Assembly (NCBI GenBank): GCA_951406725.2
Contig: OX597814.1
Span: 98,642,001-98,706,000 of the forward strand
Direction of reading: 5' to 3'
DNA length: 64,000 nt
DNA from: Octopus vulgaris
Lineage: Eukaryota
Positions 61,679 through 64,000 of the stretch are shown here, in pieces; the stretch's first letter is position 1; each line of letters begins with the position of its first letter. The notes below the pieces were generated by a model, which was not told where the DNA came from, did not search any database, and saw nothing but the letters and a program-made list of their open reading frames with translations. Made by a program: the position numbers and the translations under genes.

Positions 61679-63853
61679 CAGGGGTCGGCCAACGGGGTAA
61701 ATTACCTCAAGTTGGTTAAAAAGGAAATTCTTGTGGGTAATGAGGACTCATTAGACATAAGTAAAATTATATTTAAAAAATGTGTCCCTTCTTACGACAG
61801 AAAATTTTCTTCTGGTATGAGGAGACAATCAAAAGGTGATAAAAAGGTATATCAACCGTAAACATCCCTTTTTATTTGGGTTTTTTTTTCTTTTTTACAG
61901 ACAACGTATCAAAGTTATTGTATCCAATATATCTTTTTGGGGGCGGGGGTGGTTATGGTGAAAATCTAACACAGTGAACGATCACGTGGGCTTCTTCAGA
62001 ACTTTTCTCCCCTCGATCGAGAGGCATTAATATACAAGTGTGACCCACCACCTTTGTTTCTTCACAAGATTCTGGAAAACGAATGTTTTTTAATTTTTTC
62101 CGCAAATACGTTTCAGATGGTGTAATTTGCGATTATATAGGAATTTGGGTACTTTTTGGTTATCTCACCCCCCGATTCAAACATTGGATTATCTCCCCCA
62201 GTTTTACGAGAAATATCCTTCAACTCAAAAAATTGTTTAATCCTCATTAAAAAAAATCTAAAAAAATGAAAAAATTAATAAACATAAAAAGTGGAGAGAT
62301 GAAACATCGTTTTGAATCTGATAATATTTTTAAAACAAATCATACAGAACTGAAAAATTGATAAACATGAAAACGGAAAAAATTAATAAACATGGACAAT
62401 TTGCAACTTGACTGGGAAAGAGTTTCATGTTTTAGTGCAGATAATGCAAATTACAAATTTGGAATAAAGCATTCTGTATATACTAACATTCTCACACTAA
62501 ACGACAGTGTTATTAAAGTTATTAAAGACAGTGCAATGCGCACATTTTACATAATTCAGTAAAAAGTGCTTTGGAAAACTTGAATTTAGATGTAGAAAAA
62601 ATCCTAAAGATATATGGGCATTTTTCAGTATCAGCAAAAGGAACTGAAACTCATAAAGACTTTCATTTATTTGTAGAAACAGAATGTAGAGAGATTCTTC
62701 AGCATGTACCTGCTAGATGGTTATCACTTCAGCCAAGTATTGAAAGAATTTTACTATCTTAGAAAGCCTTGAGTTCCTATTTCTTAAGTAGACCAACTGC
62801 TTGTTCTAAATGATTATATAAACTTCTTTCTATTGATGATGATTCCACAGAAACACCCCAAATTATTGAACTCTGTCTGATGTTTGTGCAACATGTAATG
62901 GAGGCATTGAAATTATCAATTAAAGAACTTGAAAAGACTGAAACTACAGCAGTAGATATTTTCAATATCACAACAGATTTAAGAAACACGTTAAGATCTC
63001 GATATGTAGAAGAATTTTTCGGCTATCAAGTTCAACAACAATTGAAAAATTTAGGTACTGATGAGGCTCGAAAGTTAGTTGAAGACTTTAAATTTTTTCT
63101 TACTTCTGCCATCACATATTTGGAAAATAGAATAGATTTCAATGAAAATTCAACGTTTGGAAAATTATCAAATCTAAGTTTCTTAGGCCCTTCATTCCCA
63201 AAGTTTCAGAAATTTGTAGAAGTAGTAGTACATTTGAAGCTAGAAGGAAAGCTTAGATTAAAGATGGATGAACTTTTTAATGAAGTAGTATTAATTTAAT
63301 GAAACTTCGGCACTATCAAAAACTCTGAACTCTTCATAAGCTCAAAACAAGGAGAAAGTGGTATTTTATTTTGAAATCTATGGACTTTAAATGCATCAAT
63401 GTTTTCAAAATAGTTTCTTTTGTACTATCAATTCCTGGAACATTATCTTATTGTAAGAGAGTTTTCTAGTTTAATGTCATCTAAATGGCAAGATGAAAGG
63501 AACCGATGCTCTGTAGAATTAATTGAGAATGAACTTCTCATATATTTTAACATAAAAGATAGTTGCTTGGAATTCGCTAAAAACATCAAAGATGATACAA
63601 ATTTTCTGAAGGCAGCAAAAAGCCAGGGTAAATATAGTTTTAGAGATTAGAATCTTTTGATCAAGTTAAAATAAATGTCTTCTCATTCTTGTTTTGTATT
63701 TTCATTTAGGTAAGAGAAATGTAATTTTGAACTGCATTTAATATTGGCATCTATTATAATCTATAGGAATTTAATCAAAATTTGTGCAATTAAATAAATG
63801 TCAATAAAGTTTTTATGTCCTTTATTGTAGTTAAACAGAGTTGGCGACCTTAG
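61679..63853 (+). mobile_element. Decayed hAT transposon
   Basis: FSADNAN, CNAHILHN, LQHVPARWLSL.PSIERIL and C-terminal FS.LMSSKWQDERNRCSVELIENEL (62390-63650). Candidate ends CAGGGGTCGGCCAAC / GTTGGCGACCTTA; the left boundary is uncertain. Confidence 0.75.
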
Positions 63854-64000
63854 AGGTAAATGAAGTGTAACCAGACATCACTTGCAAACATGCATGTACG
63901 ATGTTTTCGCTAATTGCTTTAAGTCTTCTACTGTAGCTGACATGAACACACTCTGGATCCATACACTCTTGATCCAGCGGAACATGCAGAATACTACAGC

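Overview
AT-rich, microsatellite-dense eukaryotic DNA made almost entirely of transposable elements. The SINE/LINE repertoire suggests an Octopus-like cephalopod, which is an inference. No host gene could be supported. The centrepiece is an apparently intact RTE-clade LINE. Its 1100-aa ORF (45892-49194) encodes an AP endonuclease and an RT with a PHD-type zinc finger inserted in it. Its 5' end is fused to about 9.6 near-identical 347-bp tandem units (42148-45487), and the whole ~7.3-kb block sits in a (TA)n tract. Other content: three tRNA-derived SINE families, two with tails matching LINEs in this window (CR1-like and Tx1-like); Dong/R4-like RLE LINEs in (TAA)n; Tx1-like LINE 3' ends in (TATC)n; Penelope-like GIY-YIG remnants and several minimal hammerhead-ribozyme motifs; decayed Tc1, mariner, hAT and Chapaev3-like DNA transposons; non-autonomous Helitrons; two TTAGGG-containing MITEs; and two foldback palindromes. 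Coordinates of degraded elements are approximate, read by eye. Family names come from motif recognition, not from database searches.
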